DNA of 64,000 nucleotides, taken from the NCBI GenBank assembly GCA_963845515.1, contig CAWJSR010000028.1:64001-128000 (forward strand). Direction: 5' to 3'. This document shows positions 17,860-30,500 of the stretch, in pieces (the stretch's first letter is position 1; every line of letters begins with the position of its first letter). Both the position numbers and the translations under genes were made by a program. The stretch is from an uncultured delta proteobacterium (GTDB lineage Bacteria; Myxococcota; Myxococcia; Myxococcales; Anaeromyxobacteraceae). The notes below the pieces were generated by a model. That model made no database searches, had not been told where the DNA came from, and saw only the letters and a program-made list of their open reading frames with translations.

Positions 17860-19081
17860 TCGAACCTCAGCGCCTGGATGGGGTCCAGGCGGGATGCCTT
17901 GCGCGCCGGGTAGAGGCCGAAGCCGACGCCGACGAGCGCGCTGAAGAGGACTGCGATCACGATGACGTCGGCCCGGATCAGGACGGGCCAGCCGAACGCG
18001 CCGGCGAGCTTGATGGCCCCGCCGAGCCCGATGGCGACGCCGACCGCGCCGCCGGCGACGGCGAGCGTCAGCGACTCCACGAGGAACTGGAAGAGGATGT
18101 CGCGCTGGCGCGCGCCCACCGCCATGCGGACGCCGATCTCGCGGGTCCGCTCGGTGACGGAGACCAGCATGATGTTCATGATCCCGATCCCGCCGACGAG
18201 GAGCGACACCGCTGCGATCGAGGCGAGCAGGAGCGTCAGCGTCCGCGTCCCCTGCTCGGCGCCGCTCGCCATCTCCTGGAGGTTGCGGATGTTGAAGTCG
18301 TCGTCCGCCCCCTCCGCCAGCCGGTGGCGGTCGCGCAGGAGCGCGCGGACCTGCTCCTCGGCCTTGCGCGTCCCGGCGTCCGGGTCGGCGCCGATCATCA
18401 GGGCGCCCGAGACGTACTTCTTGAGGCCGCCCTGGAGCTTCGCGAGGAAGGTGGAGTACGGCACGATGACGGTGTCGTCGGTGTCCTGCCCCATCGCGGT
18501 CTGCCCCTTCGACTCGAGCACCCCGATGATGGTGAAGGGCACGCCGCGGATCCGGACGGACCGGCCGACCGGGTCGATGCCTGCGCCGTAGAGCTGCGTC
18601 GAGACCGTCTGGCCCAGCACAGCCACCTTGGTGCCAGAGTCGACGTCCGACTGTGCGAAGAGGGTCCCCCGCGCGGCGCGCCAGTTCCGGATCTCGAAGT
18701 AGTCGGTGCTCGCGCCGAAGATCCCTGTGGACCAGTTCTGGTCCTCGGCGACCACCGAGGCGGCGGTCCGGAGCGAGGGCGACACGTACCTGACCGCCGG
18801 GAGCTCGGTCTGGATCGCCCGCACGTCCTCCCAGGTGACCGTCGGCAGCGAGCCGAAGCCGCCGGAGTGCCCGCCGGAGGTCGTGCTGCCGGGGAGGACG
18901 ATGAGCATGTTGGAGCCCATCGAGGCGAAGCTCTGCTCCACCATCGCCTTTGCGCCGTCGCCGATGGCCACCATCGCGATGACGGCCGAGACGCCGATCA
19001 CGATGCCGAGCGTCGTGAGGAAGGAGCGCATCTTGTTGCGCAGGAGCGCCCGCCACGCCACCCGGAAGATCTCGAAGAAGC

Positions 19082-19085
<4 letters not shown>
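17856..19085 (-). CDS. MacB-type ABC transporter permease
   Basis: RSFLTTLGIVIGV, VGGIGIMNIMLVSVTERTREIG, YPARKASRLDPI. Confidence 0.95.
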
Positions 19086-19794
<709 letters not shown>

Positions 19795-19795
<1 letters not shown>

Positions 19796-21064
19796 CAGAA
19801 CATCCTCGGCGGTCCGCCGGCGCGGCCGCTGCCGCCCGCCTTCGCGCCGCCGGTGTCGACGATGCAGGCGTCGCCGGGCGAGAGGGGCCCGTCGACCACC
19901 TCGGTGAAGCTCCCGTCGGTGATCCCGACCTTCAGCGTCACGGGGGAGGGCTTGCCGTCGCGCAGCACCCAGACCGTCCGGCGGCTGGCGGCGTCGCGGA
20001 GGTCTTCGCGCGACTCGACGGCGGCGGTGGGGGGCGCGGCCGGTGGCCGCGCGGCCGACGCACGCGCGCCGGCGGCCGGCTTCTCGGCGGAGTCCAGGTC
20101 GGAGGGGGGCTTGAAGCGGAGCGCCGCGTTGGGGACGCGCAGCGCGTCCTTCCGCTCGGCCCAGACGAAGGTGACGTTGGCGGTCATGCCCGGCCGCAGC
20201 TTCAGGTCCGGGTTGGCCACGTCGATCACCGCGTCGTAGGTGACGACGTTCTGGACCGTCGTCGCGGCGTTCCGGACCTGCCGGACCTTCCCCTCGAACC
20301 GCTCGCCGGGGAAGGCGTCGACGGTGAAGGTGGCCGGCATGCCCGCCCGCAGCTTCCCGACGTCGGCCTCTGAGACGCTGGTGTCGACCTGCATGCGCGC
20401 CAGGTCCTCGGCGAGCGTGAAGAGGGTCGCGACCTGGAGCGAGGCGGCGACGGTCTGTCCAACGTCGACGGTGCGCGAGATGACGACGCCGTCGATCGGC
20501 GAGACGATCGCGGTGTAGCCGAGGTTCACCCTGGCCTGGTTGAGCGAGGCGCGCGCCTGCGCGACGCTCCCCTCGGCGGCCGCCACGGAGGCCCGCGCCG
20601 CGTCGGCCGTGGACTCGGCGGTCTCGGCCTCCGCGACGGCGACCAGCTTCTGGTCGGCGAGCGACCGCGTCCGCTTCGCCTGCCGGTCGGCGTCGATCGC
20701 CTGGGCCTGGGCCCGGACCAGCCCTCCCTCGGCGGCCATCAGGTTCGCCCGCGCCTGCTCGACCGCCGCGTCGAAGAGCTGGGGATCGATCCGCGCGATG
20801 ACCTGCCCGCGCTTCACCCGGCTGTTGAAGTCGGCGTGGATCGACTGGATCCGGCCTGAGACCTGGCTGCCGACCTGGACCGTCACGAGGGCCGAGAGCG
20901 TCCCGCTGGCGGTGACCCGGGCCACGACGGGCCCCCGGTCGGCGGCGACGGTCTGGTAGGTGGGCGGGGCGGGCTTGCGCGTGACGCGCCACCCCGCGAA
21001 GAGGAGGACTGCGGCCGCGAACGGCGGCGGCGATGACGATGCGGCGCTTCTTCATGGTGTCCAT
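19795..21064 (-). CDS. MacA-type periplasmic adaptor; frameshift near 21020
   Basis: VTASGTL...VGSQVSG, SPIDGVV, GQTVAAS, LRPGMTA. The N-terminal anchor MKKRRIVIAAAV is in a different frame from AAAVLLFAGW. Confidence 0.9.
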
Positions 21065-21242
21065 GGCTTGGAGAGGAGGCTGCGCCCGCGAGGTTTCCTC
21101 GCGGTTGCTCGATTGTAAACAAAGGTGTCGGTCGGGCAGTTCCCGGCGGGGTGCCGCCGGCGGCTATACTCCGCCCCCGCCCAGCCCGCCCGGGACCATA
21201 CCCGTCCCGGGCCCTCGCGGGTCGTCCAGGAGAGAGCCAGCA

Positions 21243-21884
21243 ATGCCGACAGTCGCCGCCCGCCATCACGCCGCCCTCGCCGACCGCGCCGTCCGCTCCC
21301 TTCGCGAGAACGGCTTCGACGCGGTCTACGTCGCGACGGCCGCCGAGGCCGGCGCGCGCGTCCTCTCCTTCGCGACGGTCGGGGGCACGGTAGGCTTCGG
21401 CGGCTCGATGAGCATCGCGGCCCTGGGGCTGAAGGACGAGCTGGTGAAGCGCGGCGCCGTCCTGCTCGACCACGGCGCTCCCGGCCTCTCACCCGCCGCG
21501 AAGCGCGAGGTCCAGCGGAGGCAGCTCACCTGCGACCTCTTCCTCTCCAGCTCCAACGCCGTCACCCTCGACGGCGCGCTGGTGAACGTCGACGGCAACG
21601 GCAACCGCGTGGCTGCCCTCTCCTTCGGTCCAGCGAAGACGGTGGTCGTCGCGGGCGTGAACAAGCTCGTCCGCGACGTCGAGGAGGCGTGGGCGCGCCT
21701 CGAGACCCACGCGAGCCCGATGAACGCGCGGCGGCTGGACAAGCCGACCCCCTGCGTGAAGGCCGGGAGCTGCCAGGACTGCGGGTCGGACTCGAGGATC
21801 TGCCGCATCTACCACGTGCTCCGCCGGCGCCCGAGCCTCTCCGACTTCACCGTGGTGCTGGTCGGCGAGCCGCTGGGCTATTAG
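21243..21884 (+). CDS. LUD-domain (lactate utilization family) protein
   Basis: GFGGSMS, FLSSSNAVTLDGALVNVDGNGNRV, GVNKLV, PCVKAGSCQDC...RIC. Confidence 0.88.
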   Translation: MPTVAARHHAALADRAVRSLRENGFDAVYVATAAEAGARVLSFATVGGTVGFGGSMSIAALGLKDELVKRGAVLLDHGAPGLSPAAKREVQRRQLTCDLFLSSSNAVTLDGALVNVDGNGNRVAALSFGPAKTVVVAGVNKLVRDVEEAWARLETHASPMNARRLDKPTPCVKAGSCQDCGSDSRICRIYHVLRRRPSLSDFTVVLVGEPLGY

Positions 21885-23356
21885 CTGCCGCGCGCGGCGC
21901 GCTTCCGCTCCAGCGCGGCGTCTGCCGCGGCGGCCACCAGCTCCGCGCCCGTCGCCTTGTCGAGCACCGCGTCGGCGCCGGCCGCCTCCAGCCGCTCCTC
22001 CAGGCCGGCCTCCAGCCGCCCGGTCACGGCGACGATGGCCAGGTCGGACTCGCCGCCGGTCCTGCGGATGAACCGGATCAGCTCCTCGCCGCTCATCCCG
22101 GGCATGCAGACGTCGGTGACGAGCAGGTCGAGCGCCAGGATCTCCTCGGAGAGCCGCTGGACGCCCTCCGCCGCGTCTGCGGCCGTGATCACCTCGAAGC
22201 CGCGCGCCTGGAGGGCGTCGGCGATCATGGCGCGCGCCAGGGCGTCGTCGTCCACCACGACCGCGCGCCGCGCCCGCGCCGAGATGCGCGCGATCGACGC
22301 CGCGAGCAGGTCGTCCTGCTCCCGCGTGAGGACGAAGCGGACCCCCATCCCCTTCGACGTCGACGCGGTCACGATCGCCTGGGCCGACAGCTTCACCCCG
22401 TCGGGGAGCGCCAGGTCGAGCACGAGCCTCGTCCCCTCGGGGTGCGGACTCGACGAACGAACGTAGGCGCCGCCGTGGGAGAGGTTCTCGATCCAGTCCG
22501 CCGCGAGCTCCTGCTCGGTCGCGTACTCGAGGACCGCGCGTGGAGGCGGAGGCGCCGCCGCCACCGCGGGGAGCGGCACGGGCTCGCCCCCCGGCTGGAC
22601 CGCCATCTTGACCGGCTTCACCCTCACGCGGCCGATCACGGCGAAGCGCGGCGCGGCCTGCATCGAGCTGCGCGGCGCGGCGCCGACGCGGGCTGCGAGC
22701 AGCGCGTGGAGCTCCGTCGGGCCATCGATCCGGAGGCTGAAGCCTGCCGGGCTCCCAGGCGCCGCGGCCGCGCGCGCGACCGTCTCGGTCACGGTCGCCC
22801 AGCCCTCCACCGGCGCCGGGCGCCCAGGCACGCGGACCGCCAGCCCGAGCCGATCGCCGGTGGGCGGCGTGAGGACGCTCGCGACGAAGAGCGCGGTCCG
22901 CTCCGGGAGGTACAGGAGCCCCGCGCTGCCCGGGCCGTCGAGATCGATCGCGAGCACCGGCGCCCCCCTGGCCGGAGGCGGGCTGCCGCTCCCGCGGAAG
23001 ATCCTCGCGGCCGCGTCGGGGAGGGACGCCAGCGGGATCGCCTTCACGACCTTGTCGCAGAGGCTGAGCTCGCCGCGGAAGCGGAAGCGCGCCTCTTCGG
23101 AGAGGTCGCGCGCCGCGAACGCGGCGCCGCCGGTGCGCGCCGCCCAGAACGTGAGCCGGCTGAAGGGCGCGGATTCGAGCGCCGCGGCCGCGCGGATCAC
23201 GATGGCGAGGTAGCGTGTCGACGTGGCGTGATGGAGGTCGCACTCGGCCACCATCTCCTGCAGGAACGCCGGCAGCGACCGGACCAGCCGCTCCGCGGCC
23301 ACGAGCCGCTCGCGGGAGGGCCGCGCGAAGACGCAGTCGTACTCTACGAAGGCCAT
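21881..23356 (-). CDS. PilZ-like and receiver domain protein
   Basis: ENLSHGGAYVRS...GMGVRF (Myxococcus-type PilZ), then REC (VVDDD, DVCMPGMSG, LDK). Confidence 0.8.
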   Translation of the reverse strand: MAFVEYDCVFARPSRERLVAAERLVRSLPAFLQEMVAECDLHHATSTRYLAIVIRAAAALESAPFSRLTFWAARTGGAAFAARDLSEEARFRFRGELSLCDKVVKAIPLASLPDAAARIFRGSGSPPPARGAPVLAIDLDGPGSAGLLYLPERTALFVASVLTPPTGDRLGLAVRVPGRPAPVEGWATVTETVARAAAAPGSPAGFSLRIDGPTELHALLAARVGAAPRSSMQAAPRFAVIGRVRVKPVKMAVQPGGEPVPLPAVAAAPPPPRAVLEYATEQELAADWIENLSHGGAYVRSSSPHPEGTRLVLDLALPDGVKLSAQAIVTASTSKGMGVRFVLTREQDDLLAASIARISARARRAVVVDDDALARAMIADALQARGFEVITAADAAEGVQRLSEEILALDLLVTDVCMPGMSGEELIRFIRRTGGESDLAIVAVTGRLEAGLEERLEAAGADAVLDKATGAELVAAAADAALERKRAARGS

Positions 23357-23469
23357 TCCCGATGATCATCCGTGCAAACTCGGCGCCGGGGATGTGCCCG
23401 TTGGGGCGTGGGGAAGCGTCGCGTGCGGCTGCACCCCGGGGTGGCGCTGACCCGGGCCCGTGCTCGCCC

Positions 23470-24048
23470 TCAGCCTCCGAGCGGCGCGCGCAGCAGCGCC
23501 TCGTGCCGTGCCCCCCCCGGCTCGAGGTGCGACTCGAACAGCACCAGCTCTGCTGCGCGCCAGCCGAGCGCCTCGCCCAGTGCCGCCTCGGCCAGCGCGC
23601 CGCCGAGCCCCGGCGCGCCGCGCGCGTCCCGCGCCCGCCCGACGGTGAGGTGCGGCGTGAAGGGGCGGGCCTCCGGCGCGAAGCCGAGCGGGGTGAGGCG
23701 CCGCCCCAGGTCCGCCGCGAGCGCCGCGAGCGGCGCAAGGTCGCCCGAGAGACCGAGCCACACCACACGCGGCCTGCGGGCGTTGGGGAAGCCCCCGGCG
23801 CCGCGCAGCTCCAGCTGGAGCGGACGCGACGCGGCGGCGGCCGCGCGGATCGCGCCATCGAGGTCGGCGATCCGCTCCTCCGGTACGGCGCCCAGGAACT
23901 GGAGGGTGAGGTGCAGCCCCTCGGCCGCCGTCCACCGGACCTCGTCGGCCGCGCGCCCCGCCGTCCTGCGCAGTCCCGCCACCACCGCGCCGATCCGGCG
24001 GCGGACGGGCTCGGGGGGATCCAGCGCGACGAAGAGCCGGTGGTTCAC
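23470..24048 (-). CDS. thpR: RNA 2',3'-cyclic phosphodiesterase
   Basis: RLFVAL, HLTLQFLG and PHLTVGR (2H motifs). Confidence 0.93.
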   Translation of the reverse strand: MNHRLFVALDPPEPVRRRIGAVVAGLRRTAGRAADEVRWTAAEGLHLTLQFLGAVPEERIADLDGAIRAAAAASRPLQLELRGAGGFPNARRPRVVWLGLSGDLAPLAALAADLGRRLTPLGFAPEARPFTPHLTVGRARDARGAPGLGGALAEAALGEALGWRAAELVLFESHLEPGGARHEALLRAPLGG

Positions 24049-24052
24049 GATC

Positions 24053-25888
24053 TCACTCGACGGTCACGCTCTTCGCGAGGTTGCGGGGCTGGTCCACGTC
24101 GGTCCCCTTGATGTCGGCCACGTGGTACGCGAGGAACTGGAGCGGCACGATGGAGAGGAGCGGCGTGAGGAGCGGGGGGGCCTCGGGCACGGTCAGCGCG
24201 ATCTGCGCCAGGCCCGCGGCGTGGGTGTCGCCCTCCGAGACGATGGCGAAGACCTGCCCGCCGCGCGCGCGGACCTCCTCCATGTTCCCGAGGGTCTTCT
24301 CGTAGGCCGGCTCCCTGGTGGCCAGGACCACGACCGGCAGCTCCTCGTCGATGAGGGCGATCGGGCCGTGCTTCATCTCGCCCGCCGCGTACCCCTCGGC
24401 GTGGATGTACGAGATCTCCTTGAGCTTCAGCGCCCCCTCGAGCGCGACGGGATACTGGCCGCCGCGGCCGAGGAAGAGGACGTCGCGGGCGTTCACGCAG
24501 CGGCGCGCCATGGGGAGCACCGCCGGCTCCTGCCGGATCATCTGCTCCATCATCGCTGGGATGCGCTCGAGCGCCTCGATGTGGTGCCGCGCCTCGTCGG
24601 CGGAGAGGGTCCCGCGCAGCCGGCCCAGCCCCACGCCAAGCAGGAAGAGGGCCGCGAGCTGCGTGGTGAAGGCCTTGGTCGAGGCGACGCCGATCTCGGG
24701 GCCGGCGCGGGTGAAGAGGGTGCCGAGGTCGCACTCGCGCGGGATGGCGGAGCCGACGACGTTGCAGATGGCCATCGCCCGCGCGCCGCGCGCCTTCGCC
24801 ACCTTCACCGCGGCCAGCGTGTCGGCCGTCTCGCCCGACTGCGAGATGGCGAGCAGGAGCGTGCGGCCGTCGACGAGCGGCTCCCGGTTCCGGAACTCGC
24901 TCGCCAGCTCGACCTGCACCGGGATCTTCGCCAGCACCTCGATCATGAGGCGGCCCGAGAGCCCGGCGTGCCAGGAGGTGCCGCAGGCGACCACGACGAC
25001 CCGATCGATCTGCCGGGCGAGGGCCGCGTCGATCGACACGCCGTTGAGATCCACGTCGCCCTGCTCGACCGAGGCGCGGCCGCGGATCGTGTCCGCGACG
25101 GCCCGGGGCTGCTCGAAGATCTCCTTGTGCATGAAGTGCTTGTGGCCGTCCTTCTCGGCGGCCACGGCGCTCCACTCGATCCGGCGGGGCGGGCGGTCGG
25201 CAGGCGTGCCGTCGCTACTGAAGAGGGAGATGCCGTCCGGGCGGAGCACGGCCAGCTCCCCCTCCTCCAGGTAGACCACGTCGCGCGTGTGCTCGAGGAT
25301 GGCCGGCACGTCGGAGGCGAGGAAGCTCTCCCCCTTGCCGAAGCCGACGACGAGCGGCGAGGCGTTCTTCGCGGCGACGATCTCGCCGGGCGACCTCTCG
25401 GAGACGACGGCGATGGCGTAGGTCCCGCGCACCTGGTCGAGCGCCTGCCTGACCGCGGCGAGCAGGTTCGCCGCGCCGCCCACGAGCGCCTCGGAGATCA
25501 GGTGGGCGAAGATCTCGGTGTCGGTCTCGCTCGAGAACTTGTGGCCGCGCGCGCCGAGCGCCGCCTTGAGCGCGAGGTGGTTCTCGATGATGCCGTTGTG
25601 GACCACCGCGACGCCGCCGAAGCTGTGCGGGTGGGCGTTCTCGTCCGACGGCTTGCCGTGGGTCGCCCAGCGGGTGTGGCCGATGCCGGTCGTGCCGGCG
25701 AGCGGACTCTCCGCCAGGACGTTCACCAGGTTCTGCAGCTTCCCCTTCGCGCGCGTGACCGAGAGGCCGCTCGGCCCGATCGCCGCGACCCCGGCCGAGT
25801 CGTAGCCGCGATACTCGAGCTTCCTGAGCCCACCGACGATGAGGTCAACGCACTCCCGGGGGCCGACGTAACCGACGATTCCGCACAT
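24053..25888 (-). CDS. glmS: Glutamine--fructose-6-phosphate aminotransferase
   Basis: MCGIVG, GHTRWATHG, SQSGETADT, PRNLAKSVTVE. Confidence 0.98.
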   Translation of the reverse strand: MCGIVGYVGPRECVDLIVGGLRKLEYRGYDSAGVAAIGPSGLSVTRAKGKLQNLVNVLAESPLAGTTGIGHTRWATHGKPSDENAHPHSFGGVAVVHNGIIENHLALKAALGARGHKFSSETDTEIFAHLISEALVGGAANLLAAVRQALDQVRGTYAIAVVSERSPGEIVAAKNASPLVVGFGKGESFLASDVPAILEHTRDVVYLEEGELAVLRPDGISLFSSDGTPADRPPRRIEWSAVAAEKDGHKHFMHKEIFEQPRAVADTIRGRASVEQGDVDLNGVSIDAALARQIDRVVVVACGTSWHAGLSGRLMIEVLAKIPVQVELASEFRNREPLVDGRTLLLAISQSGETADTLAAVKVAKARGARAMAICNVVGSAIPRECDLGTLFTRAGPEIGVASTKAFTTQLAALFLLGVGLGRLRGTLSADEARHHIEALERIPAMMEQMIRQEPAVLPMARRCVNARDVLFLGRGGQYPVALEGALKLKEISYIHAEGYAAGEMKHGPIALIDEELPVVVLATREPAYEKTLGNMEEVRARGGQVFAIVSEGDTHAAGLAQIALTVPEAPPLLTPLLSIVPLQFLAYHVADIKGTDVDQPRNLAKSVTVE

Positions 25889-25899
25889 AGGTGAGGCGT

Positions 25900-27345
25900 T
25901 TATACCCCGGTCCCGCCCCGCTCGCCTCCTCCCTCCCCGCCCTTCGCGCGGGCGCGGGCGGCCAGCATCCGCTCGGTCCAGCCCTCCTTGTTCTCCTGCC
26001 GCGCGCGGCCGAGCGCGAGGGCGCCGTCGGGGACGGCCATCGTGAGGGTCGAGCCCGCGGCGACGTAGGCGCCGGCGCCGATCTGGATGGGCGCGACCAG
26101 GATCGAGTCGGAGCCGATGAAGGCGCCGTCGCCGATCCGGGTCTCGTGCTTCTTCTCGCCGTCGTAGTTGCACGTGATCGTGCCGGCGCCGACGTTCACG
26201 CCCGCGCCGATCACGGCGTCGCCCAGGTAGCTGAGGTGGTTCGCCTTCGAGCCCTTGCCGAGCCGGGTCTTCTTCGTCTCGACGAAGTTGCCGACGTGGA
26301 CCCCCTCGGCGAGCACCGACCCCGGGCGCAGCCGCGCGAACGGTCCGAGGATGGAGCCGGACCCCACCTCCGCCTCGTCGACGACGGTGTAGGGGCGGAC
26401 CAGCACGTCGTCGGCGAGCAGGGCGTCGGTGAGGATCGAACCCTGGCCGATCCGGCAGCGGGCGCCGATCCGGGTCCGGCCGCGCAGCCTGACGTCCGGC
26501 TCGATGACCACGTCGGCGCCGAGCTCGATCTCCGCGTCGCAGTCGAAGCGATCCGGGCGCTCGATGGTGACGCCCGCCTTCATGTACGCGTCGGCCATCC
26601 TGAGGGTCAGGACGCGGGCGACCTCGGCGAGCTGCGCCCGGTCGTTGACGCCGGCCGCCTCCTCCGGAGGAACCTGGACGGCGACGGCGCCGCGGGCGCG
26701 GGCGGCCGCGGAGACGAGCTCGGTCAGGTAGTACTCCTGCTGCGCGTTCTTCGCGTCGACGTTCGCGAGCGCCTTCCAGAGGAAGGCGGCGTCGGCGCAG
26801 TAGAGCCCCGCGTTCACCTCCCGGAGCTTCCGCTGCGCGGGCGTGGCGTCCTTCTCCTCGACGATCCGCGACGGCTTGCCCTTCGAGCGGACCACGCGCC
26901 CGTAGCCGAAGGGCGCGTCGAGGGTCATCGCGGCGAAGGAGACCGGCTTCGCCCCGCGCCCCTCGACGACGGCCTGCAGGGTCCCGGCGGTGAGGAGGGG
27001 GGTGTCGCCGGAGAGGATCAGCACCTGGCCCAGGTGGCCGGCGAGGGCCCCCTTCGCCGCGAGCACGGCGTGGGCGGTGCCGAGCTGCTCGCGCTGGAGC
27101 GCGAAGCGGAGCGGGGCGCCGGGGAGCGCCGCCCTGAGGGCGCGCTCCACCTCGTCGGACTGGTGGCCGACGACGACGACGACCGGGTCGGCGCCGAGCT
27201 CCAGCGCGCGCCGGATCGGGAACCAGGCGAGGGGGCGGCCGCAGGCCTCGTGGAGGACCTTGGCCTGCTGCGACTTCATCCTCGTCCCCTTGCCGGCCGC
27301 GAGGACGATGGCGGCGAGCGGGGCTGGCTTCCTGATGGAGGGCAT
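25900..27345 (-). CDS. glmU: Bifunctional UDP-GlcNAc pyrophosphorylase/acetyltransferase
   Basis: LAAGKGTRMKS, QLGTAHA, EYYLT, HLSYLGDA, CNYDG and hexapeptide repeats. Confidence 0.98.
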   Translation of the reverse strand: MPSIRKPAPLAAIVLAAGKGTRMKSQQAKVLHEACGRPLAWFPIRRALELGADPVVVVVGHQSDEVERALRAALPGAPLRFALQREQLGTAHAVLAAKGALAGHLGQVLILSGDTPLLTAGTLQAVVEGRGAKPVSFAAMTLDAPFGYGRVVRSKGKPSRIVEEKDATPAQRKLREVNAGLYCADAAFLWKALANVDAKNAQQEYYLTELVSAAARARGAVAVQVPPEEAAGVNDRAQLAEVARVLTLRMADAYMKAGVTIERPDRFDCDAEIELGADVVIEPDVRLRGRTRIGARCRIGQGSILTDALLADDVLVRPYTVVDEAEVGSGSILGPFARLRPGSVLAEGVHVGNFVETKKTRLGKGSKANHLSYLGDAVIGAGVNVGAGTITCNYDGEKKHETRIGDGAFIGSDSILVAPIQIGAGAYVAAGSTLTMAVPDGALALGRARQENKEGWTERMLAARARAKGGEGGGERGGTGV

Positions 27346-27538
27346 GACGCGGAGGCTAGGGCGCGCCGGGGGTCGATATCAAGCCCTGTGTGTCGCGCGC
27401 CCACACCGGCCCGGAGCGAGTGGGGTGTCGGGAAGCTGGCGGCGGGATGCGTCACCTGCGTCAGGGTCGCGCGGTCATGCGAATTGACCGGGGTCGCGGC
27501 TCACCTATGGTGGAGCCGGGGGAAACACCGGAGTCCGC

Positions 27539-30500
27539 ATGGCACGCCGCTCGATGAACCGTCGCTCCATCGCAGGTGCCGTCCTCCTCACGGCGTTGGC
27601 TTCACTCATCGTCTTCGCCGGGTGGGGCCGCGCAGCGAGTCCCCTGACGCTTCGCACCATCGCGATCGACGGGGTCGTCGGCGACTGGGACGCGGTCCTG
27701 GGCAACGCGCTCCAGACGACGCACGACGGCGACGGCAGCTCGTCGGCCATCACGGCGAACTGCGCTCTGTTCTCCACCGACCGCGACTGCCCCATGGGCG
27801 GCGGCGCGGGCAACGACCTCCACACCTTCGCGTGGACCTACGACACGAGCTACGTCTACCTCTACATCGAGCGCTACGGCAGCAGCGCCAACGGCGTCGA
27901 CTTCTTCTTCGTCGCCGACACCAACCAGGACCAGCGGCTCAAGGCTACGGTCGACCGGGTCATCCACGCCCGCTGGTCGGGATCCACGGGGAACGTGACG
28001 GTCGACGCGGGTCCGTACTCGCCGGTCGACGCGCTGAACGGTGATCTCATCGCCTCGGGCGCGGGGTACGTGGACGGCTACGATCTGCTGGGCTCGAACG
28101 GGACGATGAGCGCGATCACGTGCGCCGCGGGGGCGATCGGCCAGGGTGTCACTGCTGGGGCCGACGCGGGGCGCAAGATGGAGCTGCGCGATCCCCTGGT
28201 GCGCCTTCGGGCTCCCCGCCGGCCAGCCCTTCTACTGGCACGTGGTGAGCACCAACAACGGATCTGCTCGACACGCCGCTCGACAACATCGGCGCCCCCT
28301 CCGGAGGGGTCGGGACCTTCGTGCAGCGGGCCGTCTCCTTCACCCCCGATCGGAGCGGCGCGGTCCTGTCGCCCGGCGCGGTGACCTACGACCACACCGT
28401 CTCGAACGACGGCAACGAGGCGGACGTCGTGGTCTTCCAGGCGACGAGCAGCCAGGGGGCGAAGATCGAGCTCGTCGACGCCGGCGTCGTCATCGGGCGG
28501 GACGACCAGGGCGACGGCACCTGGGAGCTGACGCCCCAGGCGTCGCTCGCGGCCTCCGCGAGCAAGCTCCTCCAGGTGAGGATCACGATGCCGGCCGGCC
28601 GCACGGACCATGACGTCACGCGCGTGATCGCGACGAGCGCCAACGATCCCGGCGCCACGGCGACCGTCACCGACTCGAGCCACGTCGGCTCACCCGCCTT
28701 CGTCCCGGGGAGCTTCGCCGCCTGGACCCAGGCCGGCGTGGCCGCCGCCTTCGCCGAGACCCTGGTGAACGGGCAGCTCGCCGCCGACACCTTCGACCTG
28801 ACGGTCGGCGCCGGCTGCGCCGGGGATGAGCTCCGCATCACGGCCGACGCGGCGGGGGCGCAGCTCGTTGCGCGGGACGACGACGGCGACGGCGCCTGGG
28901 ACTACGTGGACGCGGCGTACGACACCAACGCCAACGGCCTGCCCGACATGGGGGCCGTCGCCGGCCAGTCGACGAAGTCGTTCTGGTTGTGGGTGAAGCC
29001 GCCGGCCGGCGCGCCCAGCGGCGGCTGCACCGTGCGGCTCACCGCGACTAGCCCCGCGACGTCGGCGACCGAGCACGCCGATCACGACGTCACCGTCGCG
29101 CCGGCGGTGACGTTCACGCCGAGCTACACCCGCGCCGCCGGCACCTCGCTCCGCGCCGGCGTCGGCGGATCGGTCTTCTTCCCGGCCCTCCTCCGGAACA
29201 GCGAGAGCATGCCGCGGGCCTATGCCTTCACCCAGGCTGCTCACGCCGGGCGGCGCCGGCGCGACCGCGCGCGTCTGGAGCGATCCGGACGGTGACGGCA
29301 GCCCCACCGACGGCGCCGTCGTCACGGCGAGCGGTACCGTCGCCGCCTTCGGCGGGACCGAGGCGGTGGTGATCGAGATCCTCTCGGGCTCTGCCGCGAG
29401 CGGCACGTCCCTCTCCCTCTCGACCACGGCGACGGCCACCACCGGCGGCGCCGCGGCGACGCAGGTCTCCGAAGCGGACGTCGGCTATGTCGCCAGCTAC
29501 TCCGACGCGCTCCACACGCACGCGTCGAGCGTCTTCCCGCCCTGCGCCCCCGTCTACGTCCACGGCAGCGGCCTGCTGCCCGGCGACGTCACGAGCTACT
29601 CGCTCACCTGGCTCACGCCGACGGCGACGGCCCGCGCCGTCCAGCCCTGGCCGACGACGGCGCTCGGCACCGCCGACGACAGCCTACACGCTGCCGGCGA
29701 CCGCCTCGACCGGTGGCTGGACCGCCCAGCTCGTCGACGGGCCGTCCACGCGGGACCAGAACCTCTCCTTCGCGGTCGAGCTCGAACGCCAGCGTCGCGG
29801 CCCTCGCGACCGACAAGGCGCGCTACCGGCCCGGCGACGTGGTCCAGGTGACCGGACTCGTTCCATGACGCCGGGCGATCGGCGCTCGAAGCCGGGTCGT
29901 TCCACTACGCGCTGGATGGTGTCACTGTCCGGACCCGCAGCGGCGTGACGGTCGGCGCCGGTGCGACCGTCTCGGATCCCTTCACCTTCACGCTCCCGCC
30001 CGGATCGGCGCCGGGCGTGCGGACGATCTCCACCGGGTGGTGGCTCTCCTGCGGCACCTCCGCCTTCGCGACCCTCAGCGCGACGTTCGAGGTGCAGCCC
30101 GACGCGCCCGGCATCACGTCGCCGGCGTCCGGCGCGCGCCTCGCGACGTCCACGCCGACCGTCACCGGCACGGCTGTCGCCGGCGCCGCGGTCACCGTCC
30201 GGATCGGCACCACGTCGTACACCCCGGTCACCGCGGCCGGGGATGGCAGCTGGACCTTCACGGCGCCGGCCCTCGCGGACGGCCCCTGGACGGTGACCGC
30301 CTCGCAGGCGGTCGCCGGCGTCTCCAGCGACTGGGCGCCGCCCATCGCCTTCGAGACGGACGCCACGCCGCCGCGGTGCCCGTCGTCGGCGCCGTCGCCA
30401 GCCCGACGAAGGCGCAACCCGGTCGTCGTGGTCGTGACCGCCCCCGGCGCCACCTCGGTGAACGTCTACAGGAACGGGTCGTCCTACTCGACGACCCCCG

